From NCBI GenBank assembly GCA_965198115.1, contig OZ240241.1:3648001-3712000 (forward strand): a stretch of DNA of 64,000 nucleotides, in the 5' to 3' direction. This document shows positions 61,648 to 64,000 of this stretch, in pieces. Every line of letters starts with the position of its first letter. Positions within the stretch are counted from its first letter, which is position 1. Source of the stretch: Candidatus Latescibacterota bacterium. Its GTDB lineage: Bacteria > Latescibacterota > UBA2968. The notes beneath the pieces are model-generated. The model ran no database searches. It saw only the letters and a program-made list of their open reading frames with translations, and was not told the origin of the DNA. A program made the translations under genes and the position numbers.

Positions 61648-63001
61648 GAGCTATAATCAAAAGGTGTGGAAAAAGAGAAAGGGCGACCCTACCCTTCCCG
61701 TGAGATAGTTGATTCACACAAAACCGGGTGAGAGGCCCGGTTGGGAAGGAGGATCGCCGTGAAGGAACATACGCATAGAGCCCCATTGAAGTCCATGCCG
61801 ACGTGGGAGACGGTTGACGATTGGATCCGTGAAGAGATCCAGGGCCGGTTCCAGTCCATTCTGGAGGAGGAGGCGACCGCGTTCTTGGGCCGGTCGTGGT
61901 ATGAGCGCCGAGCCGAGGTCGATAGCTCCACGGGCTACAGGAACGGCTACGGCAAGCCCCGGCGTCTCTCGACGAGCTGCGGAACGATCAAGGTCCGGCG
62001 TCCCCGGGTTCGTGGTCTGGAAGAGCGGTTTGAAAGCCGCATCCTCCCCCTGTTCGCCCGGAGAACCAGGGCCATTGGAGATCTGCTTCCCGACCTTTAT
62101 CTCCACGGTCTCTCCCAGGGCGACTTCGAGTTGTCTTTGCGTGCGCTGCTCGGTGATGGCGCGCCGCTTTCGCCGACCTCGATCGCTCGTCTTCGAGGGA
62201 AGTGGGAGGTCGACTTCCAGGACTGGAAAGAAAGGCGTCTGGATAATCGCGAACTGGTCTACGCCTGGGCTGATGGCATCTACGTCAAAGCCGGGCTCGA
62301 GCGCGAGAAGGCGTGTCTGCTGGTCGTGATCGGCGCGATGAGCGACGGCAGCAAGGAGATCCTGGCGATAGAACCCGGTTATCGAGAGTCTACAGAATCC
62401 TGGCTCACGGTGCTACGGGATCTCCGGGATCGCGGGCTCGAACATCCTGTCCTGATCGCCGCGGACGGGAATATGGGCATCTGGGCGGCCGTTGATCAGG
62501 TCTGGCCAGAGAGCCGGCAACAACGGTGCTGGAACCACAAGATCCTCAACGTGCTCGACAAGGTCGCCAAGCGTGCACAGGCTGAAGCCCGCGCACTGCT
62601 CGTCCAGATCCCCTATGCCGGCACGAAAAAGGAGGCCGAGAAGCTCCGGAAACGCTTTGCCGCACGGTATCGCTCACAGTTCCCTGCCGCCGTGGAGACG
62701 CTCGAAAGAGACTGGGATCGGATGGTCACGTTCTACGACTTCCCGAAGGAACACTGGAAACACCTGAGAACCACGAACGTCGTCGAGAGCCCCTTTGCTT
62801 CCGTTCGGCTTCGCACAAACGCCGCCAGGCGATTCAAGAAAGTCAGGAACGCCACGGCTCTCATCTGGCGTACGCTCAAGGTCGCAGAGAGCCGATTCAG
62901 GAAACTCACCGCGCCACACTTGCTACAACAAGTCTACGATCAGAAACACTCAACCGAACCGCAGGTCGAAGCCGGGAAGATGGCCGCCTGATTTCTTTTA
63001 C
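61648..63001 (+). mobile_element. IS256 family element, copy B (right IR interrupted by ISL3)
   Basis: Near-identical to copy A in inverted orientation; identity stops at atttcttttac. Confidence 0.92.
61741..62991 (+). CDS. IS256 family transposase (intact; start uncertain)
   Basis: YRNGY, WADG, IAADG, QRCWNH, RTTNVVES. Confidence 0.92.
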   Translation: MGRRIAVKEHTHRAPLKSMPTWETVDDWIREEIQGRFQSILEEEATAFLGRSWYERRAEVDSSTGYRNGYGKPRRLSTSCGTIKVRRPRVRGLEERFESRILPLFARRTRAIGDLLPDLYLHGLSQGDFELSLRALLGDGAPLSPTSIARLRGKWEVDFQDWKERRLDNRELVYAWADGIYVKAGLEREKACLLVVIGAMSDGSKEILAIEPGYRESTESWLTVLRDLRDRGLEHPVLIAADGNMGIWAAVDQVWPESRQQRCWNHKILNVLDKVAKRAQAEARALLVQIPYAGTKKEAEKLRKRFAARYRSQFPAAVETLERDWDRMVTFYDFPKEHWKHLRTTNVVESPFASVRLRTNAARRFKKVRNATALIWRTLKVAESRFRKLTAPHLLQQVYDQKHSTEPQVEAGKMAA

Positions 63002-64000
63002 GGCTATATCCGGATCTCTCAACGAGCTGAAGTGGGTGAAGGTGCCGTGGTTCCTGGCATGGGGGCGCGGTTAGCGTGTGCGGAACCTCTTCGGAATCTG
63101 CTCAGGGATGTTTATGTCTCCGACGGTAAGGAAGATCATATCGTTGAATGCGTCGAGTGTGCGGAATCCGCTGGCTCGGTTCTTGACGATTTGGACGATT
63201 CGGTTGAGGCCTTCGGCGATGGCGTTGGTAAGACGCGTGTTCACGAATGCGAGGACGCCGAAGAAGTGCTGTCGCAGGGTCCTGACGAACTTTCGCAGGG
63301 GTTCACGTCGACTTCTGAGTGCGGACGTCGTCCAGCATTTCAGGAAGCGTTCGGCAGCCCAGGGCGCTTTGTATTCCCAGAACTGCTCGAACTCGTCCTT
63401 GAGTCTCCAGGCTCTATAGATTCGGTAGTTCGCCTTCTCCAGTGCTTTGAGTGTCCGAGTATCCCCTCTGGAGCGTGTCGCTGAGTGCCGGTAGAGGAGC
63501 CATCGGAGGCCCTTCATGGCTTTGCGCTCATCCGGGGCAGCTTTACGCCACTGGTCCTTACGGACCTCGTCAACGGCGGCATTGAGAGCCTTGACGATGT
63601 GAAAGCGATCGAGGACCAGCTTGGCATTCGGACAGTGTTCCTGGATGGCTCCGATGTAAGCTTCGCTCATGTCGCAGCAGGCCCACTCGATCTTGGATCT
63701 CTGGTAGGGACTGAGAGCCTCTGTGAAGAACCGATCGATCGTTTTACGCGCCCTGCCGCGGCCAACCCACACCACGCAGGAGCGGTCCAGATCGTAAACG
63801 AGCGTGGCGTACCTGTGACGCTTGGCGTAGGAGATCTCGTCGATCCCGATGGTTTTGAGCCCTCGGATACGATGACCTTCACGAAGCCGCGTGATGGATC
63901 GGTGAAGGAGATCCGACAGCGTCGAGGCAGAGATGCGCAGCAACTCGGACGCCGCCTTCTGCGTCATGGTCTGGCAGTAGCGCAGCATGGCATACTCGAA
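63002..64000 (-). mobile_element. ISL3 family IS (partial); transposase 63071 to beyond 64000
   Basis: IGIDE, CCDMSEAY, DRFHIVK, TNAIAEGLN..ASGFR; GGCT terminus at 63002. Confidence 0.92.

Overview
GC-rich chromosomal segment from a diderm bacterium, probably FCB group (Latescibacterota/Gemmatimonadota-like). This is an inference from bamA-skp-fabZ, lolA, a LysRS with the FCB-type insert and three PhyH dioxygenases. Positions 1-51 kb are mostly housekeeping: tRNA-Thr/Glu/Val, RNase P RNA, transaldolase, pyrF, and ftsK-lolA-prfB(programmed +1 frameshift)-lysS-lolD-mcsA-mcsB-clpC-bamA-skp-fabZ. This part also holds an uncharacterised lipid synthesis/export cluster (6.6-17.1 kb) and a promoter- and terminator-delimited candidate sRNA (25 kb). 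Positions 51-64 kb form an accessory island. It contains a minus-strand integron-like gene-cassette array with attC-like sites, a fragment of an integron integrase and a triple nested ~23-nt repeat inside one attC. Five IS elements (ISAzo13, three IS256, ISL3) are inserted in the island. Several non-essential genes are frameshifted while essential genes are intact. All calls are by eye from motifs; no database searches were run.
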